Below, in pieces: positions 1-11,502 of a stretch of DNA of 64,000 nucleotides (position 1 is the stretch's first letter; each line of letters begins with the position of its first letter). Under the pieces are notes generated by a model. The model was not told the DNA's origin. It saw only the letters and a program-made list of their open reading frames with translations, and searched no databases. This DNA is from Octopus sinensis (taxonomy: Eukaryota), in contig NC_043015.1 in NCBI RefSeq assembly GCF_006345805.1, positions 32,364,001-32,428,000 on the forward strand, given 5' to 3'. A program made the position numbers and the translations under genes.

Positions 1-140
1 AAATGTCGCTAAGCGTTTTGTCCGGCGTGGTAAAGCTTCTGCCAGTTTGCGGTTTTTTGTTAACTCAGGTTTCAAATTTTAGCCCAAGGCCAGCAAAAGT
101 CGGGGGAAGGGTAAGTCGATTACATCGACCACAGTCAGTT
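1..140 (-). mobile_element. Fragments of tRNA-derived SINE family B (Meta/MESC-like central domain)
   Basis: Reverse-strand head (..TGGCAGAAGCTTTACCACGCCGGAC..) and GTCGATTACATCGACC segment match the cleaner copy at 33404-33624. Confidence 0.6.
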
Positions 141-209
141 ACACCGACCAAAGCTTTGTAAGTGGATTTGGCGGACGGAAACTGAAAGAAGCCCGTTGCA
201 TACACACAC

Positions 210-251
<42 letters not shown>

Positions 252-490
252 TACATGTGTTCGTGTGTGTGTGTGAATGGCTGTGTTTGCCCCACCACCA
301 TCGCTTGTCAACCGGTGTTGGTGTGTTTACGTCTCCGTATCTTAACGGTTCGGCAAAAGATATCTATAGAATAAGTACCAGGTTTAAAAAAACATCTACT
401 GGTGTAGAGTCATTCGACTAACAATTCTTCAAGGTGCTGCCCCAGCATGGCCACTGTCTAATGGCTGAAACAAGTAAAAAATAAAAGACA
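141..490 (+). mobile_element. 5'-truncated tRNA-derived SINE family A (octopus OK/OR-type)
   Basis: GTGGATTTGG..GGAAACTGAAAGAAGCCCG, internal (TA)n, then ..GCATGGCC..GAAACAAGTAAAA tail, shared with the other family A copies in the window. Confidence 0.8.
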
Positions 491-1268
491 AACGTGTACA
501 TTCTATGTTTACTCTTTTTTACTTGTTTCAGTCATTTGACTGTGGCCATGCTGGAGCACCGCCTTTAGTCGAGCAAATCGACCCCGGGACTTATTCTTTG
601 TAAGCCCAGTACTTATTCTATCGGTCTCTTTTGCCGAACCGCTAAGTGACGGGGACGTAAACACACCAGCATCGGTGGTCAAGCAATGCTAGGGGGACAA
701 ACACAGACACACAAACACACACACACATGCATATATATTATATATATATATATATACACATATATACATGTGTTCGTGTGTGTGTGTGAATGGCTGTGTT
801 GCCCCACCACCATCGCTTGTCAACCGGTGTTGGTGTGTTTACGTCTCCGTATCTTAACGGTTCGGCAAAAGATATCTATAGAATAAGTACCAGGTTTAAA
901 AAAACATCTACTGGTGTAGAGTCATTCGACTAACAATTCTTCAAGGTGCTGCCCCAGCATGGCCACTGTCTAATGGCTGAAACAAGTAAAAAATAAAAGA
1001 CAAACGTGTACATTCTATGTTTACTCTTTTTTACTTGTTTCAGTCATTTGACTGTGGCCATGCTGGAGCACCGCCTTTAGTCGAGCAAATCGACCCCGGG
1101 ACTTATTCTTTGTAAGCCCAGTACTTATTCTATCGGTCTCTTTTGCCGAACCGCTAAGTGACGGGGACGTAAACACACCAGCATCGGTGGTCAAGCAATG
1201 CTAGGGGGACAAACACAGACACACAAACACACACACACATGCATATATATATATATATATATATATAT
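241..1268. repeat. 513-bp direct tandem duplication bounded by (TA)n arrays
   Basis: CATGTGTTCG at 254 and 767. The units look identical apart from a 1-bp indel (GTGTTTGCCCC vs GTGTTGCCCC) and the TA-array sequence. Confidence 0.9.
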
Positions 1269-1417
1269 ACGACAGGCTTCTTTCAGTTTCCGTCTACCAA
1301 ATCCACTCACAAGGCATTGGTCGGCCCGGGGCTATAGCAGAAGACACTTGCCAAGGTGCCACTCAGTGGGACTGAACCCGGAACCATGTGGTTGGTTAGC
1401 ATGCTACTTACCACACG
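1020..1417 (-). mobile_element. SINE family A, near full length (its 3' half is duplicated at 507-753)
   Basis: Reverse complement gives TGTGGTAAGTAGCATGCTAACCAACCACATGGTTCCGGGTTCAGTCCCAC (Pol III A/B-box-like), CCTTGGCAAGTGTCTTC, and an AAAAGAGTAAA tail. Confidence 0.9.
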
Positions 1418-1919
1418 AATTTTTTTGCAGCCACAGGTCGATGTTGATGTTGAATGAGTAGACCAATAACGAAATAAAAGCATTTCAACTGTGAATATCC
1501 TGTTACTGTACTACATTCTTAGAACTACTTAGATTAACGTGACTTCATCTTTTTTTTAAGACAGTGGAGTTAGGCTTATTTAAGGGAGATTTCGTTTTTT
1601 ATGTCTAGCAGGTTAAGCGATCAGGTCAAGGTATTTTGTTCGGTGAGGCAAATGTTCTTAATGAGTAAAAGCTAATAAGAACTGAAGCGAAGGATCAGCT
1701 GAAAACCTGACAATAGAAGCCTGAAGTTCTCAGTATTTAGTATTGAGACAAAATACTTGTGTTTGGGCAAATGCTTTGTATTATCTGATGTAGCAGATTG
1801 TCATAAGACATGCCGAATAGAAAATATTAAAATATTATCTTGCAGACAGCTGCACAGAGAAGGCACTTGTTTATTTAATGAAATATCTCTTCCCTCACTT
1901 TCTCTTCCTTTATATTACT

Positions 1920-2600
1920 ATGTGTGTATGTATGTATGTATGTATGTATGTATGTATGTATGTATGTATGTGTTTGTGTGTGTATGTATGTATTGTGTAT
2001 GTGTGTATGTATGTATGTATGTATGTATGTATGTATGTATGTATGTATATGTTTGTGTGTGTATGTATGTATGTATGCATGTATGTCTGTATGTATGTAT
2101 GTATGTATGTATGTATGTATGTATATGTTTGTGTGTGTATGTATGTATGTATGTATGTATGTCTGTATGTATGTATGTATGTATGTATGTATGTATGTAT
2201 GTATATGTTTGTGTGTGTATGTATGTATGTATGCATGTATGTATGTATGTGTGTGTGTATGTATATATGTATGTATGTATGTATTTATGTATGTATGTAT
2301 GTATGTATGTATGTATGTATGTATGTATGTATGTATGTATATGTTTGTGTGTGTATGTATGTATTGTGTATGTGTGTATGTATGTATGTATGTATGTATA
2401 TGTTTGTGTGTGTATGTATGTATGTATGTGTATGTATGTATGTATGTATGTATGTATGTATGTCTGTATGTATGTATGTATGCATGTATGTATGTATGTG
2501 TGTGTGTATGTATATATGTATGTATGTATGTAATTATGTATGTATGTATGTATGTATGTATGTATGTATATGTTTGTGTGTGTATGTATGTATGTATATG

Positions 2601-2637
<37 letters not shown>

Positions 2638-2731
2638 CATTTGTGTGTATGTTTGTCTGTCTATCTATCTATCTATCTATCTATCTATGTCTATCTATGT
2701 CTATCTCTATCTATCTATCTATCTATCTATC

Positions 2732-2776
<45 letters not shown>

Positions 2777-2834
2777 TATCTATCTATGTCTATCTATGTC
2801 TATCTCTATATATCTCTCTATCTATCTCTATCTA

Positions 2835-2915
<81 letters not shown>

Positions 2916-2995
2916 GTCCGTCTGTCTATGTATCTGTCTACCTATCTGTCTGTCTATCTGTATGTGTGTGTGTGTGTGTATTTGTGTGCGTGTGT
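1920..2995. repeat. Compound microsatellite (TATG)n/(TG)n then (TCTA)n, with higher-order variant blocks
   Basis: Directly visible; accounts for all long YVCM/HTYI ORFs here. Confidence 0.97.
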
Positions 2996-3481
2996 GTGAG
3001 TTGCGTGTATGTGGGTGTGGTTGTATTTGTGTCTATGCATGTTAATACACAAGTAGACAATCCGATAAAATCTCAATTCGACTAAGAAGCATCAAAGTTT
3101 GGCAATAATGAGGGGATTGACGATATGCAGGTGTGTATGTGTGTTTGTGTATTTGTGTGTGTATACGTGCATGCCTGCGAGCGTGCATGCATCTAACCGT
3201 ACCTGAGTTATCTTTACATTAACTAAGAAAAACAGAGCTGTTTATGCTGTATCCTTCTGTGTCGTTTATCCTAGTAGAACAACGAACAGAGATCGATGCA
3301 CGAAGCACCAATATGAGAAAAATTCTGTGATAGATAAGGTTGCATAAACCATTGAAAATAGTCCCCGGGGTGACGCGGGCAAGTGTCTCCTACTATAACC
3401 TGGGTTCGATCAAGGACTTGTAAGTGGATTTGGTAGATGGAAACTGAGAGAAACCCGTCGTATATATATATATATATATAT

Positions 3482-3689
3482 ATTAGGTTAATCCAAACAT
3501 GAAAACACAAAGAGAAAACACAACAACGCAAGGACGTGGAACAAATATAGTATTATTGGACGCTCAGGAAAGAAGGGAAGAAGGAGGGTTTAACGTTTCG
3601 AGCGGAGCTCTTCGTCGGAAGCATAGGAGAAGGAAAGATCCAGAGAAGGGAAGACAGAGGAAAAAAATCGCCAACGGTACACACGAGGT

Positions 3690-3690
<1 letters not shown>
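3482..3690 (-). mobile_element. Short (TA)n/(CA)n-flanked PLE pseudo-LTR-like element
   Basis: About 210 bp of non-SINE sequence inserted in a TA array, carrying a hammerhead-like motif. Confidence 0.55.
3588..3622 (-). ncRNA. Minimal type I hammerhead-like motif (variant core)
   Basis: Minus strand GCUU-CCGACGA-A-GAGC UCC GCUC-GAAAC GUU-AAAC: 4-bp stem II and palindromic ACGU stem III, but U4 is C and stem I has a mismatch. Confidence 0.45.
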
Positions 3691-3747
<57 letters not shown>

Positions 3748-3929
3748 TGTGTGTCTTTGTGTCTGTATTTGTCCCTCAAGCACCGCTTGACAACCAGTGT
3801 TGGTGTGTTTACGTCCCCTTAAACTAGCGGTTCAGCAAAATAGATCGATAGAATAAGTACTGGGTTCAATTCATTTGACTAAAAATTCAAGGCACTACTC
3901 CAGTGTGGCTGAAGTCTAAAGATAAATGT

Positions 3930-4025
<96 letters not shown>

Positions 4026-4041
4026 CAACAATAATAATAAC

Positions 4042-4078
<37 letters not shown>

Positions 4079-4081
<3 letters not shown>

Positions 4082-4635
4082 GCCCTGATGCAGTACCAGG
4101 CAGTGGCTCTCATGGCTTCTGATCTTAACTGATTGGAAGTGTTATCATGTACATTGTTTTGTCTTGGTATAAAAGATGGGCTACAGCAAATATTCTGCTC
4201 AATGCCACAGATTTGCTTGTCAGTTGTTTGACCGTAACCAGTTGAGCATGTCCCTTAGTGGCTGACGATATGTGCATCTCAGATCACGAGCAGAAGTAGT
4301 GGGGGAGCATCATAACCATGTGTTGAGAGGGATTCTTTGGGGTTTGAATAATTCACCCCTGGAAACATGGGTGGTTCTTTCAACATCCTTAAACAACCCT
4401 TATTCAGGGACCTTTTGAGCGGGATGGGCTACTCAACCTGAAGAAAATTCTAACTGGGCCCCACCTGCAAGGTCATGTGCTGTTTATCTTGATATGAGAT
4501 CACCATGTCGCGCACATATGGTTGTGATGCATGTGCCTGGTGTACCCTTATCAGACGGGTATTCATGATGGGTATATTGGGCTTCGTATATTTTACCCCA
4601 GTGTCACTTTGATGGCATGAACTGCTCTCTCACTC
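4079..4635 (+). mobile_element. ~555-bp non-coding interspersed element (family D) with (AAT)n tail, inside an (AAT)n array
   Basis: Second copy in the opposite orientation at 10075-10633; ends CTCTCTCACTC-AATAATAAT; (AAT)n at 3936-4080 and 4636-4737. Confidence 0.85.
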
Positions 4636-4687
4636 AATAATAATGATAATAATAATAATAACAATAATAATAATAATAATAATAATG

Positions 4688-4737
<50 letters not shown>

Positions 4738-6324
4738 CAGGTGAGCACCGTTCCATGGATAGTGAGACGTTTTAACGTCATTGGATTTAAGTGGCAAAAG
4801 CTTTTGCAGTAGTTTTGTCTGTCGCTCATTCGCCATATTTGGTACTAGGGACTTGTATCGGAAGATTTCTGATGCTAGTTTCACTGTATGTTTTATGTCA
4901 GTGTATTTTTCTCCGCAATTTTGTCTAAAATAACGGGAACCTCCACTACCCGCGAGAAATCCATTTAATCCATAGTTGGGATAATGACAGGTATTAAAGT
5001 TCAGAGTCGGAACAAACCTGGGAGTAATCGTAATTGTAGGGGTCACTCCACGCTCCTCACACCTCCATCACTCTTCACTTGATGCAGTTTAACGTGATAC
5101 GCAGGATTTACATAAATACACACACATGTATGTATATATGTGCGAATGTATGTATATGTATTTACATATATATGCACATATGCACACTTACACTTATACA
5201 ACACGCAAACATGCACATCAACACATAATGAGCTAGGCTGTTCGTATAATTAACACTTGCGCTGGTTCATATACAGTAACTAGTCTATCTTATGTACATA
5301 GCTGTTTCTAATGAACAACTTAACCTAGAAACAGGTGTAAAGAACTACCTATGATTTCCAGTTCATTACTTACAATGTTTTCATTAATGGTCCTATGGAT
5401 TTTACTTATCGATCTAGGTTGAACTATCCCGAAGGCCTGTTCGAATTCGCTTCTGTGTCATCAACGGCATTACTTCATAAATTTTCTTGATTTGTACCTG
5501 TTTATGAATTTTCACCCTACGAATCCCTTTTGCTTTCTGCTAAATTTATGTATTTTCGTACTCCATTTCGGATAAATATTCTATAAGTAACTTGATGCCT
5601 TGTAACTCTTGAACATCTTCCATTGTATTCCATACACATATATACATGATTGCCTACGAAGTCGGTGTAGCTATCATATATTTGAGATGAGAGAGTATTA
5701 CAATATCTCAATATAAGAAACTAGCTTGTATTGACGGAGAAGACTAAGCTGGTTTCACAAGGCACCAGTTGTGATGAGGTTTAGCGAAAATTTTATCAAC
5801 TCACAACATCCAGCTCCGTGTTCGAACCCAGAGTAACATGTGACAGAAACATCTTGGAATACACGATGCCATAAATTTCCTTATTGCACTTTATTAAAGA
5901 CTTAAACATCCTCATTTATATTCCGAAACGAACTAGACATACAGTAATACATATATTCTGTGTGTCAACTGTAAGAATTGTTGTATTCCGGATTAAGTAA
6001 GTTATCTATGGAAAAACAAACAGTATGTTTGTTGATGCGTTATTAAATCCGAAAGCGATGACGACTGAACATTAACAATTTATGCATCAAAAAGGCTCTG
6101 AGTCTAAAACTATTTGTTAACTTAATTTAATTTGATCTGCATTGATTTAGTTTAATTTACTATTGTGTGCTTCTGTCATGGCATTCAATTTATCTATACA
6201 GCAATCACATAATACAATTTACTATTCTACTAGTCTCTCACTGTTATTCCCTGTTTGTGCCACTCATGTCCACACCATCGATATTACATTTAATTTCTCT
6301 CGAGTGCCTGCCTACCTGCCTGCT

Positions 6325-6325
6325 A

Positions 6326-6417
<92 letters not shown>

Positions 6418-6433
6418 CTATCTCTCTCTCTCG

Positions 6434-6467
<34 letters not shown>

Positions 6468-6620
6468 GTCTGTCCGTCTGTGTGTCTGTCCGTCTGTGTG
6501 TCTGTGTGTCCGTCTGTATGTCTGTGTGTGTGTCTGTCATCTGTCTGTATGTCTTTCTATGTGTCTGTCAGTCTGTGTGCCTATCTGTCTGTCTGTCCAT
6601 CTATTCTTCCATCCAGCCAT
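6325..6620. repeat. (TCTA)n/(TA)n/(TCTG)n compound microsatellite
   Basis: Directly visible. Confidence 0.95.
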
Positions 6621-7160
6621 CTATCTATTTCTGCTGCTCTTTCTCAACATAACTGAGCAGACGAAAAGCACGTTGAATCTCTCTCTCTCTTTCTCTCTCT
6701 CTCTCTCCCCCCACACACACAATATATATACACAGGCATATACAACGTGTGTATATTTATATGTGTGTTACATGTATGTCAGCACAAGCGCATGTCTACG
6801 AATGTTTGTACATACTAGAATATGTATAACTGGACTCTTGAATGACCAAAATACGAACAAGTGCACCTTGCAATCATGAGTTCCGATCAAATTTTGATTT
6901 CAAATTTTAGTAAAAGACCAGCAATTCCAAGGAGGGGATAAGCCAGCTCGCCGCCTTAATCTGATGTAATATTAAAACTGATCAGTGCTGGAAAGGATGG
7001 ATGGAGTGGCGTACAACGCGACACCTGGCACAATACATGTAAAACACACATCCATCCACTTGACACACACATATAGATTATAAACGCACAAATTAAATGA
7101 ATAATTTCGTTTTGGGATTTGGTTTCCGAGATTCTTTATATGAGTTCGTGTGTTGAAGCA

Positions 7161-7433
7161 TATTCTGTTGTGTCTGGGGAGAGTCATCTTCTTTTTGTGC
7201 TTTATTACGTAACACACTCACCGGTAAAATTTCCACTTATTTCTTATTTTTATTGTCCTAAAATTTTCGTTGCGTCTTGCAACCTTTTCAATAGTCTTGA
7301 CTTTTGAAAGTTTGCAAGAGGCAACGAAACTTTTAGGAGAATAAAAATAAGAAAAAAGTAAAAATTTTACCGATGGGTGTGTTATATTACAAGGCACAAA
7401 AAGAAAATGACTCTCCCCAGACACAACAGAATA
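7161..7433. repeat. 273-bp imperfect fold-back palindrome (inverted PLE pLTR pair or MITE)
   Basis: Arms TATTCTGTTGTGTCTGGGGAGAGTCAT.. and ..ATGACTCTCCCCAGACACAACAGAATA are complementary along their length; centre near TCAATAGTCTTGACTTTTGA. Confidence 0.9.
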
Positions 7434-7752
7434 AACGAATAATGTTATGAGGTAAGAAACAGAAAATAATATAGGAAGAGACAGAAGAAAAAAAAACAGG
7501 TGGTGAGACAAAAGCGCATAAATAAAAAGTGATGCTAAAATAATGAAAGAAATAAGCAGAGGAAATACATTTCGAGTAATTTCTCTTTAACAGCACGAAG
7601 GGAAAGTGATAAATGAGTAAAAGAAATAGACTGTTTTCGCTGAGCGTAGAGCGTGTGTGGTTATGTATGAATGTATGTATGTATGTAAGTATGCATATAT
7701 GTATGTATGGGTGTGTATGCGTGTATGTATGTATGATGTATATATATATATA

Positions 7753-8021
7753 TCAAAATTAACAACAAGGATATCCAGAGGTAATGCAGTACGATCGTTT
7801 CATGCAACTCCATTTAATTGAACAATGCAATCGTTTCATCAATTTAAAATGTAGAGCAATCCTCAGCTGCACAAAGACATACAATTTAATTAAATTAAAG
7901 CGTTACATCCCCAACGAAAATCGTCTTTTCCCCAAACTTATAATGTAATACATGTCCTTGGTGTGGTAATTGTGCGTGGCTGATGAAGGCTATTGACATA
8001 CATATTACATCAATTATGCAT
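7753..8021 (-). mobile_element. (TA)n-flanked hammerhead-bearing PLE pLTR-like element
   Basis: TA runs at 7740-7752 and 8022-8032; contains the hammerhead at 7785-7871. Confidence 0.65.
7785..7871 (-). ncRNA. Type I hammerhead ribozyme with extended stem II
   Basis: Minus strand: UGCAG | CUGAGGA | long imperfect stem II (UGC/GCA, CAUUU/AAAUG, AAUUGA/UCAAUU) | GAA | AC GAUC GU | A | CUGCA. Stem I is 5 bp, stem III is palindromic, cleavage triplet GUA; the 10.1/11.1 pair is a U-U mismatch. Confidence 0.7.
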
Positions 8022-8031
8022 TATATATATA

Positions 8032-8420
8032 TACGATGTCGTCAGCGAAACGGAGGTGAGTGAGGAGCTCGCCATTGATGTTGACACCACCTTGCCATTC
8101 GATGCCTCTGATGATCTGTTCGAGACATGCAGTGAAAAGTTTTGGGGAGATTGTATCTCCTTGCTTCACTCCCTTCTCGACCGGCACTCGTATGGCTGAT
8201 GACAGTAGAGCTATGTCGGAGGTGCATCCGGAATTTGCCTCTCTGAGCAGCTGCACATATTGCGCTTCGATTCCTTGTCTCTGCAGCGAGTTCAGCACTG
8301 CGTTGGTTTCGACGCTATCGAAAGCCTTCTCATAATCTATAAACGCAACACAAAGAGGCAGCTTGTACTCATTTGCTCGCTCAAGCAGTTGCGTTAGAGC
8401 AAATATATGGTCCATTGTGA
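8032..8420 (-). mobile_element. Internal reverse-transcriptase fragment of an RTE-clade LINE
   Basis: Uninterrupted frame DHIF..LCVAFIDYEKAFDSVE..GVKQGDTISPKLF..LRFADDIV, covering RT motifs up to the catalytic (Y/F)ADD; homology stops right after FADDIV. Confidence 0.95.
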
Positions 8421-9283
8421 GTGTATTCTATTAAAGGAATTTATTTGTAGTTGAAACAGTGAAATGCATTTTATGCCAGAAGTTTCAAGAAATGTGTAAC
8501 CTTTCGGGTAGAAACCGTATTATCGGAGACAAAAACTATATTATAAATATTATCAGGCATTGCCAGTTGAAATCTCTTTTAAATCTGGCGAAATGCTCTT
8601 TCCGAAACGTCAAACGTTTCTCCTTCTTCCCCATATAAAATTTATTCCTTTGTCTATATTACTACTAGAAAATTCTCCACATGGTTTCTCTGACTGTTGT
8701 AATATATATTTGCATTTCACTTTGCAATATTGCATTTTGAAATTAAATTATGGTTAATGTTGGTTGACCTAGGGATTGAACGGCAAATGCCTGTTTAATT
8801 TATGGTATTGCATATGCAAATTGATTCGTGATTCCAAGTAGATGCGAGCCTTGGTATGATTCAAAATATCTTCTGTATATAATTTATTCCCTAAATACTT
8901 TATTATCTTGAAGCAATGGCCAGATAATTAAAAGCAAACAAATAAAGCGTTTATGAAATTAAACAGAAACGACGCAAAAATCATGTCGCCAAATGAAATC
9001 CATTTCCTAATTACCCTGAGGATAAAATTTCATGTCCAAAACATTAATTTTGACTTGGAATTCTAATTCACTTAAGCTTCCGTCGTTTTTCAAGTATTTT
9101 CTCTCCATTCTTCCTCTCTCTCTCTCCCTCTCTCCCTCTCTCTTCCTTGTTCTCATATCGCATACATTTTACTGATATCCTCTTGATAATGTTTATTTTA
9201 GCGACTACAGCGTTTGTTTTCAAATCTCATTCCATCAGCCATGATATTTTGATATTTCAATGTGTCACATATTTCTGGTCAAT

Positions 9284-9296
9284 TATCATCATCATC

Positions 9297-9328
<32 letters not shown>

Positions 9329-9333
9329 TATTA

Positions 9334-9389
<56 letters not shown>

Positions 9390-9474
9390 GTTGTTGTTGT
9401 TCTTGTTGTTGCTATTGTTGTTGCTATTATTATTATTAATATTATTATTATTATCATCATCATCATCATCATTA

Positions 9475-9551
<77 letters not shown>

Positions 9552-9571
9552 TATTATCATTATCATTATTA

Positions 9572-9635
<64 letters not shown>
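9284..9635. repeat. Compound trinucleotide array (CAT)n/(TAT)n/(TGT)n
   Basis: Directly visible. Confidence 0.97.
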
Positions 9636-9636
<1 letters not shown>

Positions 9637-10074
9637 GAGAACGACAATACCAATAATATTAATAATCCCTGATTTTTTCTTCTGTTATTACATTTTATTT
9701 ATTAATAACCGATGGAACCGCCTTATTTTGACTCACTTCTAAAAGGCTTAGGAGCGATCTTTAAAGTCATGATTGTGATATCAAGCGCATGCACTGTTAT
9801 ATCGAAATTTGATAGCATAAACATCTAGCAAACGAGACCTATTAGAATAAGTACTAGGCTCACGAAGAATAAGGTCTGGGATCAATTTCTTCGACTAAAA
9901 AACCCTTTAAGGCGGTGCTTCAGCATGGCCGCAGTGAAATGACTGCAACAAGTAACAGAATAAAAGAATATAGATAGATAGATACATAGATAAATTGACA
10001 AATACATAGAAAAGTAGACAGGGAAAGAGGTAAATAGGAATCTCTGTCCATGGTTTATTATTATTATTATTATT

Positions 10075-10633
10075 GAGTGAGAGAGCAGTGCATGCCATCA
10101 AAGTGGCACTGGGGTAAAGTATACGAAGACCAGTATACCCATCATGGCTACCCGTCTGATGAGGGTACACTAGGCACATGCATCATAACCATATGTGCGC
10201 GACATGGTGATCTCATATCAAGATAAATAGCGCATGAACTTGCAGGTGGGGCCCAGTTAGAATTTTTTTCAGATTGAGTATACCCATCCCGTTCAAAAGG
10301 TCCCTGAATAAGGGTTGTTTAAGGACGTTGAACGAAACACCCATGTTTCCAGGGGGGAATTATCCAAACCCCAAAGAATTGCTCACAACACATGATGCTC
10401 CCCCACTACTTCTGCTCGTGATCAGAGATGCACCTATCGTCAGCCATCAAGGGACATGCTCAACTGGTTAAGGTCAAACAACTGAAAAGCAAATCTGTGG
10501 TATTGAGCAGAATATTTGCTGTAGCCCATCTTTTATACCAAGACAAAACAATGTACATGATAACACTTCCAATCTGTTAAGATCAGAAGCCATGAGAGCC
10601 ACTGTCTTGTACTTCAGTACTTCAGGCAGCATT
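10075..10633 (-). mobile_element. Family D element, second copy
   Basis: Reverse complement aligns end to end with 4079-4635; short (AAT)n tail at 10056-10074; long (GAA)n at its 5' side. Confidence 0.85.
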
Positions 10634-10870
10634 TTCTTCTTCTTCTTCTTCTTCTTCTTCTTCTTCTTCTTCTTCTTCTTCTTCTTCTTCTTCTTCTTCC
10701 TTCTTCTTCTTCTTCTTCTTCTTTTATCCTTCTTCTTCTTCTTCTTCTTCTTCTTCTTCTTCTTCTTCTTCTTCTCTTCTTCTTCTCCTTCTTCCCTTCT
10801 CTTCTTTTTTTATTCTTCTTCTTCTCTTCTTCTTCTTCTTCTTCTCTTCTTCTTCTTCTTCTTCTTATTC
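10634..10870. repeat. (CTT)n polypyrimidine microsatellite
   Basis: Directly visible. Confidence 0.95.
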
Positions 10871-11399
10871 TGTCTTCATTTTCTTCTCTTTCTCCTTCTT
10901 GCAATCATGAAACTTGCAATTGTCCAAAAGCAATAGCGACAGCGTCGATCTTAGCAGGGAATGTCTGCGACGGTCATTGGGAAACCGCCTCTTTTTTTTT
11001 CCTAGATCGAACCATTTAAAAAGGAACTGTGCATCGACGTGTTTCAGAGTTGCTAGGTAAGGTGAGAAGAAAAAAAAATGGCGTTTAAGTTTCATACCCG
11101 ACTTCTTCTGTTTGACGCTCCTGTGTGACCTTATTCAAAATAAAGCTGCTGCTAGCGAAACGAATTGATAGAGATGAATAACGATGGATATCGAATCGAT
11201 AACGGATAATTTAGCGTGCAACAGCTGGTAGTTTACTCAAACCTGCGAAGCTACTTTTCTCTCCCATCATCATTGCAAACCACCCATCATCGCCATCATT
11301 ACTTCCTGTGTTCGGCTGCTAGCGTGTCTCCAGGCTGTGGCTGCCGAGTCAATAATCTGAGATGAGCAATTTATTCCTTGCTCTCTTCGTATCGTACAA

Positions 11400-11470
11400 G
11401 AAGTAGTGTAAGAGATAGAAGAGGAAGAGGAAGAGGAGGTAGAAGAAATAGATGAGAAATAATAAAATAA

Positions 11471-11502
<32 letters not shown>

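Larger units (their letters stand above)
3375..3920 (+). mobile_element. Diverged SINE family A split at its internal (TA)n by a PLE-like insert
   Basis: 5' half GGGCAAGTGTCTCC..GGAAACTGAGAGAAACCCGTCG ends at about 3460; 3' half TTTGTCCCTCAAGCACCGCTTGACAACC resumes at about 3750. Confidence 0.75.

Noticed and set aside
1198-1461. Recurrent MLGGQTQTH../RASFSFRLPN.. ORFs (also at 38109, 43720, 55029 and elsewhere)
   Set aside because: They are reading frames through SINE family A, not a gene family.
1757-3085. Long ORFs (up to 373 aa) of YVCM/HTYI/LSIY, and similar ORFs throughout
   Set aside because: Translations of stop-free tetranucleotide, dinucleotide and trinucleotide microsatellites.
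4630-5046. 138-aa minus ORF
   Set aside because: A quarter is (AAT)n; the remainder lacks splice signals or recognisable motifs and an upstream stop is close.
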